From an uncultured Gemmatimonadales bacterium (lineage in GTDB: Bacteria > Gemmatimonadota > Gemmatimonadetes > Gemmatimonadales > GWC2-71-9), in the NCBI GenBank assembly GCA_963730185.1, contig CAVSQW010000008.1, forward strand, positions 1 to 64,000: DNA of 64,000 bases. The letters are read 5' to 3'. Positions 41,447 through 51,586 of this stretch are shown in pieces (within the stretch, counting starts at the first letter, position 1; each line of letters begins with the position of its first letter). The notes under the pieces are model-generated. The model made no database searches. It had not been told where the DNA came from and saw only the letters and a program-made list of their open reading frames with translations. The translations under genes and the position numbers were made by a program.

Positions 41447-42430
41447 ATGAGTCAGCTCAACGCCACCGAATGGATCTGGCGCAACGGCGAGTTCGTCCGG
41501 TGGGACGACGCCCGGGTCCACGTCCTCGCGCATTCGATGCAGTACGGCTCCTCGGTCTTCGAGGGGATCCGGTGTTACGAGACCGATCGCGGTCCGGCCA
41601 TCTTCCGGCTCCGCGAGCACCTCGAGCGGCTGTTGGGCTCGTGCAAGATCTACCGGATGGAGGTGCCCTATTCGGTCGAGCAGCTGCTGTCTGCGTGCAC
41701 CGAGTTGGTCGAGAAGAACGCGGTCTCGGCCTGCTACATCCGGCCGATGGTGCTCCGGGGCTACGGGGCCGCGAGCATGGTCCCGTTCGCGAGCCCGGTC
41801 GAGGTGTTCCTGCCGTGCTGGCCTTGGGGGGCCTATCTGGGCGACGAGGCGTTGGAACAGGGGGTGGACGTCTGCGTGTCCAGCTGGAACCGGGTGGCGC
41901 CGAACACCTTGCCGTCGATGGCCAAGATGGCGGGCAACTATCTGAGCGGGATGCTCACCAAGATGGAGGCGCTCGCCCACGGATACGCCGAGGCGATCGC
42001 GCTGGCGCCGGACGGAACGATCGGCGAGGGGTCGGGGCAGAACGTGTTCGTGGTGCGGCACGGCATCCTCCACACCCCCCCGATCAACGGCTCGATCCTG
42101 CACGGCATCACCCGCGACGCGGTACTCACGCTGGCCCGCGACGCGGGGATTCCGGTCCGGTCCGAGACGCTGCCTCGGGAGCTGCTCTATCTCGCCGAGG
42201 AGGTGTTCTTTTGCGGGACGGCGGCGGAGGTCACCCCGGTCCGGAGCGTGGACAAGATCCCGGTAGGGGCCGGTAAGCCGGGCCCAATCACGCGGCGGAT
42301 CCAGGCCCTCTTTCAAGACACCGTGCACGGGCGGACCGCCGATCCGCACGGCTGGCTCACCCAGGTCCGGAGCGGGAACGAGGCGGCGCCCGCCCGGAAG
42401 GGAGGGGCGCCCGCGAGCCGGTCCGCCTGA
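41447..42430 (+). CDS. ilvE: Branched-chain amino acid aminotransferase
   Basis: YGSSVFEGIRCY, YIRP, AKMAGNY, EGSGQNVF, ILHGITRD, CGTAAEVTP. Confidence 0.93.
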   Translation: MSQLNATEWIWRNGEFVRWDDARVHVLAHSMQYGSSVFEGIRCYETDRGPAIFRLREHLERLLGSCKIYRMEVPYSVEQLLSACTELVEKNAVSACYIRPMVLRGYGAASMVPFASPVEVFLPCWPWGAYLGDEALEQGVDVCVSSWNRVAPNTLPSMAKMAGNYLSGMLTKMEALAHGYAEAIALAPDGTIGEGSGQNVFVVRHGILHTPPINGSILHGITRDAVLTLARDAGIPVRSETLPRELLYLAEEVFFCGTAAEVTPVRSVDKIPVGAGKPGPITRRIQALFQDTVHGRTADPHGWLTQVRSGNEAAPARKGGAPASRSA

Positions 42431-42480
42431 CCCCGGAGTGGCGATGGGTTGGTATCCTTCGACCGCCGATGCGAAAAGCC

Positions 42481-43440
42481 ATGACCGCAACTCCCGCCCG
42501 GACCTTCTGGGCCTTCGCGGCGATCTATCTGATCTGGGGGTCGACCTACCTCGGGATCAAGATCGCGGTGGACGAGCTGCCGCCCTTCTTCCTGGCCGGG
42601 AGCCGGTTCCTGATGGCGGGTGCGGTGCTCTTTGCCTGGGCTCGGTTCCGGGGCGAGTCGGTGCCGGGCATCCGGGTCTGGGCGACCGCGGCGGTCTTCG
42701 GAACCTTGTTCTTCGTGTTCGGCAACGGGCTCGTGGTCTGGGCGGAGACTCGGGTGCCGTCGGGGCGGACCGCGCTGCTCGCCTCGACCTCGCCGATCTG
42801 GACGGTGCTGATCGAGAGCGCGCTCACCGGATGGGAGATGCCGCCGGGCCGGGTGATGCTCGGGGTCCTGCTCGGTTTCGGAGGGCTGGCGCTGCTCTCT
42901 CGGCCCACGCCGGAGCTCTCGTCGACGGTGCCGGCGCTGGGACTGGTGGCTCTGGTGGGCGCGTCCTTCGCCTGGGCGCTCGGATCGGTCTACGCCCATC
43001 GCCATCATCTCGAGGGCTCGCCCGCCATGGCGACCGGAATGAAGATGATCGGCGGCGGCGTCCAGCTGCTCCTGATCGGGCTGGTCGCAGGCGAGTGGGC
43101 CACTCTTCGGACCGGGGGCGTGTCGGTCAAGGCCTGGGGTGCGCTGGCCTACCTCGTGGTCTTCGGCAGCATCGTGGCGTTCACCGCCTTCACCTACCTC
43201 CTCCGGACGTCGACGCCGCAGCGGGTGGCCACCTCCGCCTACGTCAACCCGATCGTGGCCTTGGGGCTGGGGTGGGCGCTGCTGGGCGAGCAGGTGACGG
43301 GCCGGATGCTGGCCGGCGCCGCCGTGATTCTGAGCAGCGTGCTGCTGGTTCGGCTGCCGCGCCGACCCGCCGTCGTCGAGGAGGTCGAGGTCGGCACCAT
43401 GGAGACCGGCGAGTTCCCGACGACGGATAGTGAATGGTGA
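42481..43440 (+). CDS. EamA/DMT family transporter
   Basis: IYLIWGSTYL, RFLMAG, YLVVFGSIVAF, YVNPIVAL.LG. Confidence 0.92.
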   Translation: MTATPARTFWAFAAIYLIWGSTYLGIKIAVDELPPFFLAGSRFLMAGAVLFAWARFRGESVPGIRVWATAAVFGTLFFVFGNGLVVWAETRVPSGRTALLASTSPIWTVLIESALTGWEMPPGRVMLGVLLGFGGLALLSRPTPELSSTVPALGLVALVGASFAWALGSVYAHRHHLEGSPAMATGMKMIGGGVQLLLIGLVAGEWATLRTGGVSVKAWGALAYLVVFGSIVAFTAFTYLLRTSTPQRVATSAYVNPIVALGLGWALLGEQVTGRMLAGAAVILSSVLLVRLPRRPAVVEEVEVGTMETGEFPTTDSEW

Positions 43441-43676
43441 ATTGGGAGTAGTGACTAGGGAGGGAGTCGGGAGTAGGGAGTAGGCAGGGAGTAGGGAGGG
43501 AGTAGCAAGGGAGTAGGAAGCAGCGAGTGGGTCCCCGCGCCCCCTACTCCCTAATCACCTCCCCTCCCTAGTCCCCACTCCCTCCCTACTCCCTAGTCAC
43601 TACTCCCTTCCTACTCCCTAGTCACTACTCCCTCCCTACTCCCTAGTCCCAAGTCACGACTCCCTACGCCCACTCC
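43428..43676. repeat. Second inverted heptamer array: (GGGAGTA)n ... (TACTCCC/TAGTCAC)n
   Basis: Same units and polarity as the 41.1 kb array; lies between the convergent EamA and NiCoT genes. Confidence 0.9.
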
Positions 43677-43677
43677 A

Positions 43678-44514
43678 TCATCGCGGCGTGCCGGTGAACA
43701 GGCCCTCGACGAACCCGATCCGGTAGGCGATGAAGAGGCCGAACGCCAGGCTGATGACGCCCGAGGCGATTCGGAGCCGGCGGTTGAGGACCCCGAACCG
43801 GTTCCCGGTGTAGGCGAAGGGCACCGAGATCAGGGCCGTGATCAGCATCATCCCCACGATGGTTCCTACCCCGAAGACGCCGAGATAGAGCACCGCCCAT
43901 TGCGGGCTCCGGATGGTGGTGAGCACCAGCAGGGCCACCGCCGCCGACCCGGCCAGCCCATGGACCACGCCCACCGCCAGGGGGCGGATCAGCTGATAGA
44001 GGCGGAGCCGCCCCAGGTGCCGGTCCAGCCAAGTGACCGGGGTCCGCTCCGGATTGTGGGGATGGGCCTCCGGCTGATGGCCGTGCGGATGGGTGTGGAC
44101 GTAGTCGCCGTGGCGGTGGGCGTGACTGTGGACCTCCGCGGCGATAGCCACGGCGGTCCGATCGGGGTGAGGGGATGACGGCTCAACGGCCGCTCCCGCC
44201 GCGCTTCCCCGGATCAGATCGAGGATCCCGCTCAAGTTCATGAGCCCGAGCACGATCAGCATCACCCCGACCGCGAGCTCCATCGAGAGGCCGACCCGGG
44301 GGGTGATGACCCACTTGAAGATCACGATCCCGCTGCCCACCACCAGGATGGTCAGGGTGTGCCCGATCCCCCAGGCCGCCCCGATGACCGCCGCGCCCCA
44401 CGGGCTCCGCTCCCGCGCGACGATGGTCGAAACCGCGATCACGTGATCGGGGTCGGTGGCGTGCCGCATCCCGAGGAAGAAGCCCAGGGCGAGGACGGCA
44501 AGGAGGCTGGTCAT
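43678..44514 (-). CDS. High-affinity nickel/cobalt transporter (NiCoT/UreH-like) with His-rich loop
   Basis: GMRHATDPDH signature, WGIGHT, HSHAHRHGDYVHTHPHGH, GVVHGLAGSAA. Confidence 0.88.
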   Translation of the reverse strand: MTSLLAVLALGFFLGMRHATDPDHVIAVSTIVARERSPWGAAVIGAAWGIGHTLTILVVGSGIVIFKWVITPRVGLSMELAVGVMLIVLGLMNLSGILDLIRGSAAGAAVEPSSPHPDRTAVAIAAEVHSHAHRHGDYVHTHPHGHQPEAHPHNPERTPVTWLDRHLGRLRLYQLIRPLAVGVVHGLAGSAAVALLVLTTIRSPQWAVLYLGVFGVGTIVGMMLITALISVPFAYTGNRFGVLNRRLRIASGVISLAFGLFIAYRIGFVEGLFTGTPR

Positions 44515-44634
44515 GGGTCGGGGCGATCCGATCGCGGTGCGGGTGAAAGATACCTCGGTCGGGCCAGCGGCCCCGCCGCTTGCGAGTCGTCTGTAACGAA
44601 TGGGTGACGATCCCGCCACGATCGCGCACCTTTC

Positions 44635-45297
44635 ATGAGGCCGAAGCCGGCAGGAAGGAGACCCGCCCTGACCACCACGATTCGATTTGGCGCCCTGATG
44701 GCGCTCGGGACCATGGCCGTGCTCGCTCCGACGAAGTCGGCCGCCCAGTTCTTCCCGGCCTCGATCCGCCCGGCCAGCATTACCACGGCTCCGGTGAGCT
44801 GTGGCGCCGACCTGGTGGCCGCCCGGCTTCGCGTCTCGCATCCGCTGGGCGCCGCCGCGTTCGGCACCCCGCTCTGCCTGAGCGACGACGTGGTGCGATG
44901 GGTGCCGACCCGGGCCCTGACTGGCGAGGAGCGCGCCCGCCTCGGCCGCGCGCTCGTGACCTTAAGACAGGCTCCCGACGGCGCCTGTCGGCTGGCCGCC
45001 TCCACGCTCCGCGCGCTCGACCGCCGCGACCGGGTCAGCGTCTGGCAAGCGGTCGACACCGCGGGGGGCATGGTGTACTACGGCGCCACCTACGTGGCCG
45101 CGGACTCGACCCCGATCGCGGTTCAATTCTGGGCGCCGGCGTTCAGCCGCTCGTCGGACTGGATCGTCGGCGCCGCCGCTCACGAGGCCTTCCACGCGCT
45201 CCACCCGGATGCCTCGGAGTCCGACGCGATCGCCTTCGGCGAGCGGTGCAGGGACGCGGCTCGGGGCCCGACGATCGTGGCCGACGCGGGCGGTTGA
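44635..45297 (+). CDS. Secreted hypothetical protein with HExxH motif
   Basis: Hydrophobic leader ending SAAQ; AAAHEAFHALHP...ESDA; four Cys; start uncertain (44635 or 44698). Confidence 0.55.
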   Translation: MRPKPAGRRPALTTTIRFGALMALGTMAVLAPTKSAAQFFPASIRPASITTAPVSCGADLVAARLRVSHPLGAAAFGTPLCLSDDVVRWVPTRALTGEERARLGRALVTLRQAPDGACRLAASTLRALDRRDRVSVWQAVDTAGGMVYYGATYVAADSTPIAVQFWAPAFSRSSDWIVGAAAHEAFHALHPDASESDAIAFGERCRDAARGPTIVADAGG

Positions 45298-45308
45298 CGG
45301 GCCCCGGG

Positions 45309-45797
45309 TCAGTCCTGAAGGGCCGGGAAGTACTGGTACACGTTTTGGGGCTGGTCGCCCAGGTAGTGCGTCAGTAGCAGGGCGCCGCCCTGGACCGTTC
45401 CCACCAGCTCGGTCCGGGCGATGCAGAGGGCCAGCGGCGGACAGAGATTGATGGTGAGCTGGTCGCCGGTCAAGGTGAAGGCCAGCTGACTGGTCCAGGT
45501 CTGGGGCATCTGCTGGTCGTCGGTGACGAACTCGGTGTAGGTGACCAGATCCTGGACCGGCGTCGTCCCCCGGGGGCGCCCCTCGAAGACGGTCGCCGGG
45601 AAGCCCAGCGCCGCCCCGGTGAGGGTCCAGCCCGGAGGGAGATTATTGGTGGTGGTCGGCAGGGGCTTTCCGTCGACGCTCGACAGGAAGTAGGACGGCG
45701 CCAGGGTCCCGGAGCCGGGCCCGGTCGGGCCGCCACACGCGGCCACCGCTCCCGCGAGGGCCAGCCCGGTAGTCAGTCGCACGAAGTGCCTACGCAT
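45309..45797 (-). CDS. Hypothetical lipoprotein
   Basis: MRRHFVRLTTGLALAGAVAA-C lipobox; Y.LSSVDGKPLP. Confidence 0.65.
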   Translation of the reverse strand: MRRHFVRLTTGLALAGAVAACGGPTGPGSGTLAPSYFLSSVDGKPLPTTTNNLPPGWTLTGAALGFPATVFEGRPRGTTPVQDLVTYTEFVTDDQQMPQTWTSQLAFTLTGDQLTINLCPPLALCIARTELVGTVQGGALLLTHYLGDQPQNVYQYFPALQD

Positions 45798-46023
45798 CGG
45801 TGTCCCCCGGCATGTCATGCCCTGTTCCGAGGCAACCACCGGGCCATCCGGCCGAAGCTCGTCAAGTGGTTGGGGGCGCGCGACTTGGCCGAGCCGACCG
45901 GAAACGGAGCGCGCCCGATTGACACGCCTGATCGTGTCACCTCCACACCCGGCTGGCCCGATCGAGACGGTCCGTTTAGGTTGCCCCCGCCAGCCGAATA
46001 GCCACGCCGCACGCCTCGACATC

Positions 46024-46305
46024 ATGACCGATACCGCTCCCAGCACCGACGTCTACCATCTCGCGGCCGATCGCGGTCCCACCGCTCAGCTGACTCTCGG
46101 CCTCGCGGTCAAGCTCGATCCGCCGGCTCCCCTGGGCGCCCTGATGCCCGGAGACCGGTTTGTACTCGAGAGCACGGGGGTCGAGGGTCGGCTCGAGGCG
46201 CAGGGGACCGGCTCGGCAACCGTGTTGATCTGGCGCGATGGCGACCATCGTTGGACTCGCACCACCTGGGCGCTGAGCACGGAGGTTCGCCGGCTTCGAG
46301 GGTGA
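46024..46305 (+). CDS. Hypothetical protein
   Basis: Plausible codon use; fills the gap between divergent and convergent neighbours. Confidence 0.4.
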   Translation: MTDTAPSTDVYHLAADRGPTAQLTLGLAVKLDPPAPLGALMPGDRFVLESTGVEGRLEAQGTGSATVLIWRDGDHRWTRTTWALSTEVRRLRG

Positions 46306-46315
46306 GCCTCATTCC

Positions 46316-46789
46316 TCAGGCCGGCCTCTCCATCGTCGCCGGCATTCGCACCGCCACGACGTCACCCCGGGCCGTCACCACCCCACCGGCCGTCAGCGTC
46401 ACGTCCACGATCGCCTTCCGTGGGCTCCGTTCCGTGACCCGAGCCCGGAGCTCCAGCTCCGGGCCGAGCGGGGTGGGTTTGAGGTAGGTCACCCGGAGCG
46501 ATCCGGTCACGAACCGGGGGGCCTCGGCCTCGCCGATCTCGCGGCCGTCCGCCCGCTCGGCGGCGGCCGAGGCCGTGCCCATCGCGTGGCAGTCGATCAG
46601 CGACGCGATCAGCCCGCCGTAGACGAAGCCCGGCAGGGCCATGTGCTCCGGCCTGGGGGTGAAGCGGGCCACGGCGCCCTCTCCCTCCCAAGTGGTCCGG
46701 ATGTGGAGGCCGTGAGGGTTGAGGCGCCCGCAGCCGTAGCAGTGAGCGAAATCCTCGGGGTAGTAGTCCTGAATGGCTTTGGAGGTCAT
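46316..46789 (-). CDS. PaaI/hotdog thioesterase
   Basis: HCYGCG..NPHGL, VYGGLIASLIDCH, VTGSL.V.YLKPTP. Confidence 0.88.
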   Translation of the reverse strand: MTSKAIQDYYPEDFAHCYGCGRLNPHGLHIRTTWEGEGAVARFTPRPEHMALPGFVYGGLIASLIDCHAMGTASAAAERADGREIGEAEAPRFVTGSLRVTYLKPTPLGPELELRARVTERSPRKAIVDVTLTAGGVVTARGDVVAVRMPATMERPA

Positions 46790-46849
46790 CCCGAACGGTA
46801 CGCCGGGCGCGCTGCGGGCGGCAAGGCCGCGACGGCGCTAGAATCCGGG

Positions 46850-48220
46850 ATGCCGGGCCTCCGTTTCGCGACCGTCCTGGCCGGGGTGGCCGCTCTAGCC
46901 TCCGGGCCCGCGTCCGCCCAGCGGCCCTCGTCGCCGCTCCAACGGGCGCCCGGGGCGCGGGTCGTCACCATTTCCCAGCCCGAGCACTACGGCGCCGAGC
47001 CGGCCATCGCGCTCGATCCGAACGCGCCCGCTCACGTGGTGGCGGCGTACGGCGGGCCGTGGGTGGCCTGGTCCGAGGATTCCGCCCGGACCTTCAGCCC
47101 CGCCGAGCGGCTGGTCCTGGGCGGCGCCTGGCGTCTCGGTGGCGACGTCTCGCTGGCCTTCGACGACCGCGGGGCCGCCTACCTCTCGTACCTGACCTCC
47201 GAAGGTCTCGGCACCCCCAGCTACTGGGCCCACCACGCCGGCAAGAGCGCCATCTGGGTGCGCCGCTCTCCCGACGGCGGGCGGACCTGGCCCGACCCAC
47301 CGGTCGCCGTGAAGGTGTGGCCCAACCCGGTGGACACGGCCCCGCAGATGGTGGACATGTCGCGGCTCTGGGCGGACGCCAACCCGGCCAGCCCGTACCG
47401 CGGCCACCTCTACGCCGCCTGGATCAACTGGGAGCTCGACCGCTCTCTGATCCTCTTCTCCCGCTCCACCGACCAGGGCCGGACCTGGTCACGGCCGCTC
47501 CGGATCAGCACCCAGGCCGGCCTCCCGCGGGACGACAACGGGGCGGTGGTCGCGCCGATTGGGACGGTGGGGCCCGACGGCACCATGTACGTGGTCTGGA
47601 ACGACGCCAGCTCGATCGTCTTGACCGAGTCCCACGATGGTGGCCGGACCTTCGAGCCGTCGCGGTCCGTCGTCCCGGTGGCGCCGCCCTACTTCGGCGG
47701 CGCCACCGGGATCCCGGGGCTCTCCCGCGCGATGGGCTTTCCGCAGGTCGGGCTCGACCCCCGGAGCGGCGCGCTCTACCTGAGCTGGAGCGACTACCGG
47801 AACGGCGACGTGGACGTGTTCCTCTCCCGGAGCCCGGACCAGGGCCGGACCTGGTCGGCGCCGGTCCGGGTCAACGACGATCCGGTACACGATGGCGACG
47901 ACCAGTTTCTCCAGTGGCTCGCGGTCGACGCCGTCCGGGGCGATCTCTACGTCCAGTTCTACGATCGTCGGGGAGATCAGGCCAACCGGCGGACCACGGT
48001 CACCCTGGCTCGCTCGACCGACGGCGGCCGGACCTTCCGGAACTACGCCTGGTCGGACCAGCCCTTCACCGGGGAGCGGGTCTTCCTGGGCGACTACGAA
48101 TGGCTGGTCGCGCGCGACGGGCGGGTCTACGGGGTCTGGGCGGAGGCCGTCCCCGACGCTCCGCCCGCCGGCGGACGGTCGGCCACCATCATCAAGATCG
48201 GGACCGCGGACTTCCGGTAA
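46850..48220 (+). CDS. Secreted sialidase-like BNR/Asp-box beta-propeller protein
   Basis: Signal peptide; repeated SxDxGxTW/F boxes (SPDGGRTW, STDQGRTW, SHDGGRTF, SPDQGRTW, STDGGRTF); FLGDY. Confidence 0.85.
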   Translation: MPGLRFATVLAGVAALASGPASAQRPSSPLQRAPGARVVTISQPEHYGAEPAIALDPNAPAHVVAAYGGPWVAWSEDSARTFSPAERLVLGGAWRLGGDVSLAFDDRGAAYLSYLTSEGLGTPSYWAHHAGKSAIWVRRSPDGGRTWPDPPVAVKVWPNPVDTAPQMVDMSRLWADANPASPYRGHLYAAWINWELDRSLILFSRSTDQGRTWSRPLRISTQAGLPRDDNGAVVAPIGTVGPDGTMYVVWNDASSIVLTESHDGGRTFEPSRSVVPVAPPYFGGATGIPGLSRAMGFPQVGLDPRSGALYLSWSDYRNGDVDVFLSRSPDQGRTWSAPVRVNDDPVHDGDDQFLQWLAVDAVRGDLYVQFYDRRGDQANRRTTVTLARSTDGGRTFRNYAWSDQPFTGERVFLGDYEWLVARDGRVYGVWAEAVPDAPPAGGRSATIIKIGTADFR

Positions 48221-48352
48221 TCGGCCGGCCGCCTTCCCGCTGCTACGGTCGTGGGCCGGTGACCCACGACCCGCCGGTGCCGCTCCCTTTCGATCGGGCT
48301 AGATTTCGACCGTTCACCGATCCAGTCGATCCTCGTGAAGGACTCACCGGCC

Positions 48353-50668
48353 ATGCCGCGTCTCCTGTCGCTCGCGCTCGCCGCCCTTGCGGCGGCGGCC
48401 CCCCTTGCCGCGCAGTCGCGAACGGTGCCGACCCCCGAGTCCGTGCTCGGGTTCACGCCCGGTGCCGATCGGCGGCTCCCGACCTGGAAGCAGGTCACCA
48501 CCTATTTCCAGGCGCTCGATCGGGCCAGCCCGCGCGTCTCCGTCCGGGTGCTGGGTAAGACCACGCTCGGGCGCCCCTTCCTGGTCGCCTTCATCGCCGA
48601 TTCGGCCACCCTGGCCCACCTGGACCGGTACCGCGAGATCCAGCAGAAGCTCCTCGACCCGCGCCTCCGGAAGCCGGGGGAGCGGGCCCGGTTGGTGGGC
48701 GAGGGGAAGAACGTGATCCTGATCACCTCGAGCATCCACTCGACCGAGGTGGGCGGCTTCCTCACCCCCTTTCAGCTGGCCTATCGCTTGGCCCGGGCCG
48801 ATACCCCGGAAGCCCGGTCGATTCTGGCCAACACCATCGTGATGCTGGTGCCGTCCCAGAACCCTGACGGGGTGGACATCGTGGGCGACTGGTACCGCGC
48901 GACCCTCGGTACCCCGGCCGAGGGCACCGGCCCGCCGGAGCTCTATCATCACTATACCGGGCACGACAACAACCGCGACTGGTACGCCTTCACCCAGCCG
49001 GAGACCCGGTACGTCATCGACTCGCTCTACGGCCGCTGGACGCCCGAGATCGTGAACGACATCCACCAGCAGGGCTCCAACGCGGGCCGGATCTTCATCC
49101 CGCCCTACATGGACCCGGTGGAGCCCAACATCGACCCCATCCTGACCGGGGCCACCAACGCGCTCGGCATGGCGATGGCCTGGCGGATGCTGGCCGACGG
49201 CAAGACGGGCATCGCCACCAACGCGTCGTACGACGAATGGACGCCGGCCCGGCAGTACTCGCTTAACCACCACGGGGTCCGGATCCTGACCGAGACGGCC
49301 AGCGCCCGGCTGGCGAGCCCGCTCGAGGTGCCGTTCGACAAGCTCGGCCCGGGGCGGGGTTACGACGCCCGGGTCTCCAGCTGGAACTATCCGGCCCTCT
49401 GGCCCGGCGGGACCTGGACCCTCGGCGACATCGTGGACTACCAGACCAGCGCCAGCTGGGCCCTGCTGGTCGAGGCGGCCCGTGACCGCTCGGCCTGGCT
49501 GGAGAGCTATGCGACGTTAGGCGACCGGGCGCTCGATCCGAGCCACCCGTGGCGGGACGGCGAGGTGGCCGCGGCCTACCTCATTCCCAAGCGCCAGGCC
49601 GACGCCCAGGCGCTCCAGCGGCTGATCTGGACGCTTCAGCACGGCCAGGTGGAGGTGCACGAAGCCCGGGTGCCGGTCACGGTCGGGGACGTCACCTATC
49701 CGGCCGGCAGCTACCTGGTCCCGATCCGGCAGCCGTTCGGGAGCTACGCCAACGCGCTCCTCGAGCGGCAGCACTATCCTAACCTGCGGGAGTATCCCGG
49801 CGGCCCGCCCAAGGCGCCGTACGACGTAACGGCCCACACCCTCCCGCTGCTCTTCGGCGTGGACGTGGCCGCGACGGCGAGCCAGCCGGCCGCGGGGCCG
49901 GTGCTGGCCCGGGTGCCGGAGCCGCGATTCACGGTACCCGGCCTGAGCGACGGCGCCGGCCCCCGGATCGCGATCTACAAGAGCTATCAGGCCTCGATGG
50001 ACGAGGGGTGGACCCGGTGGGTCTTCGACGTGAACCGGATTGGGTACACCTCGGTGGTGGACCGGGAGGTCCGGGCCGGGGGACTCCGGGACCGGTTCGA
50101 CGTGATCATCGTCCCCGACCAGAGGCCGCAGTCGATCGCCAACGGCGTCCGGGGGAGCTACCCGGATTCACTCCAAGGTGGCCTGGGTGACGAGGGCGCC
50201 AAGGCGCTCCGGGCCTTCGTCGAGCAGGGCGGAACCGCGCTCTTCTTCAACGACGCCTCGGACTACGCGATCGAGGCCCTGGAGCTCCCCATCCAGAATG
50301 TGCTGAGCGGCCTGGCGCGCACCGCGTTCTATGCGCCCGGATCGATCCTTGGCGTGGAGCTCGACCGGAGCACGCCGATCGGTAGCGCCTACACCGCGCC
50401 CGTGCCGGCGGTCTGGTTCGAGAGCGGACCCGCCTTCGACGTCACCGACCAGAGTCGGGTGTCGGTCGTGGCCCGATACCCCTCCGGCGGCGATCCGCTC
50501 CTCTCGGGCTGGCTGCTCGGCGGTGAGAAGCTGGCGGGCAAGGCGGCGCTGGTGGACGTGACTCTCGGCCAGGGGCACGCGATCCTCTATGGCTTCCGCC
50601 CGCAGTACCGGGGGCAGAGCATGGCCACGCAGCCGCTCATGTGGGCCGCGATCCGGGGCGGTCGATAG
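48353..50668 (+). CDS. Secreted M14 zinc carboxypeptidase with C-terminal GATase-like domain
   Basis: SIHSTE (HxxE), QNPDG, DNNRDW, DIHQQG; MDEGWTRWVF, GFRPQYRGQ. Confidence 0.9.
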   Translation: MPRLLSLALAALAAAAPLAAQSRTVPTPESVLGFTPGADRRLPTWKQVTTYFQALDRASPRVSVRVLGKTTLGRPFLVAFIADSATLAHLDRYREIQQKLLDPRLRKPGERARLVGEGKNVILITSSIHSTEVGGFLTPFQLAYRLARADTPEARSILANTIVMLVPSQNPDGVDIVGDWYRATLGTPAEGTGPPELYHHYTGHDNNRDWYAFTQPETRYVIDSLYGRWTPEIVNDIHQQGSNAGRIFIPPYMDPVEPNIDPILTGATNALGMAMAWRMLADGKTGIATNASYDEWTPARQYSLNHHGVRILTETASARLASPLEVPFDKLGPGRGYDARVSSWNYPALWPGGTWTLGDIVDYQTSASWALLVEAARDRSAWLESYATLGDRALDPSHPWRDGEVAAAYLIPKRQADAQALQRLIWTLQHGQVEVHEARVPVTVGDVTYPAGSYLVPIRQPFGSYANALLERQHYPNLREYPGGPPKAPYDVTAHTLPLLFGVDVAATASQPAAGPVLARVPEPRFTVPGLSDGAGPRIAIYKSYQASMDEGWTRWVFDVNRIGYTSVVDREVRAGGLRDRFDVIIVPDQRPQSIANGVRGSYPDSLQGGLGDEGAKALRAFVEQGGTALFFNDASDYAIEALELPIQNVLSGLARTAFYAPGSILGVELDRSTPIGSAYTAPVPAVWFESGPAFDVTDQSRVSVVARYPSGGDPLLSGWLLGGEKLAGKAALVDVTLGQGHAILYGFRPQYRGQSMATQPLMWAAIRGGR

Positions 50669-50770
50669 GGCCTGTAATGGGACGGTCCAGGGCGCCGGCG
50701 CCGGCGGCTCGGTCAGGCCGGCCCGACCCGGGCGGGGGCTCCCGTCGCGAGCGACTCGCCTCGAGCCGGG

Positions 50771-51586
50771 TCAGGGACGGGCCAGGGCGAGCAGAGACTC
50801 GCCACACCGGCTGCAATAGCGCGCCTCCGGGTCGTGCCGGTCCTGACCGCAGCGGGCGCAGGCCCGGCCAGTGTGCCGGGCCTTGGACAGTTCGACCGTC
50901 ACGATCCCGGTTGGGACCGCCACCAGCGCATACCCGAGCAGCATGATCAGCGTGGCGACGAGTTGGCCCAGGGGCGTCGCGGGCGCGATGTCGCCGTAGC
51001 CGACCGTGGTGATGGTCACGATCGTCCAGTAGATGCTGGTCGGGATGCTGGTGAAGCCGTTGGTGTGGCCCTCGATCAGGTACATGAAGGCCCCCAGGAT
51101 GACCGTCGTCGTGATCACGGTGGCGACGAAGATCGCGATCTTTCGACGGCTCTCCCGGATGGCCACCAGCAGGACGTCGGCCTCGCCGACGTACTCGACC
51201 AGCTTGAGAATCCGGAACACCCGCAGCACTCGCAGCACCCGAATCACCAGCAGGTACTGGGTCCCGGGGATGACCAGGCTCAGCCAGGTGGGCAGGATGC
51301 TGGCGAGGTCGATCAGGCCGAACAAGCTGGTGGCGTACCGCACCCGCCGCTCGACGCACGCCAGCCGCAGCAGGTACTCCACCGAGAACAGGATCGTGAA
51401 GGCCCATTCGACGATCTGCAGGGTGGCCCGGTACTCGGTCCGCACCGACTGGACCGAGTCGATCATCACCGCTGCGACGCTGGCGAGGATCGCCACGATC
51501 AGGGCGATGTCGAAGGCTTTGCCGGCCCGGGTATCGTGGAGGAAGATCACCCGGTAGAGCGAGTCCCTCCAGCCGTTCCTCGTCAC
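50771..51586 (-). CDS. Voltage-gated-type potassium channel (ion transporter)
   Basis: S4 RVLRVLRVFRILKL, TTVGYGD filter, C-terminal CxxC...CxxC. Confidence 0.92.
   Translation of the reverse strand: MTRNGWRDSLYRVIFLHDTRAGKAFDIALIVAILASVAAVMIDSVQSVRTEYRATLQIVEWAFTILFSVEYLLRLACVERRVRYATSLFGLIDLASILPTWLSLVIPGTQYLLVIRVLRVLRVFRILKLVEYVGEADVLLVAIRESRRKIAIFVATVITTTVILGAFMYLIEGHTNGFTSIPTSIYWTIVTITTVGYGDIAPATPLGQLVATLIMLLGYALVAVPTGIVTVELSKARHTGRACARCGQDRHDPEARYCSRCGESLLALARP

Noticed and set aside
41132..43676. Heptamer arrays or REP hairpins as CRISPR arrays
   Set aside because: No constant 23-47 bp repeat with unique spacers and no cas genes in the window
44515..44634. NiCo or cobalamin riboswitch upstream of the Ni/Co transporter
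   Set aside because: I could not recognise the conserved motifs by eye; an Rfam/Infernal scan would settle it
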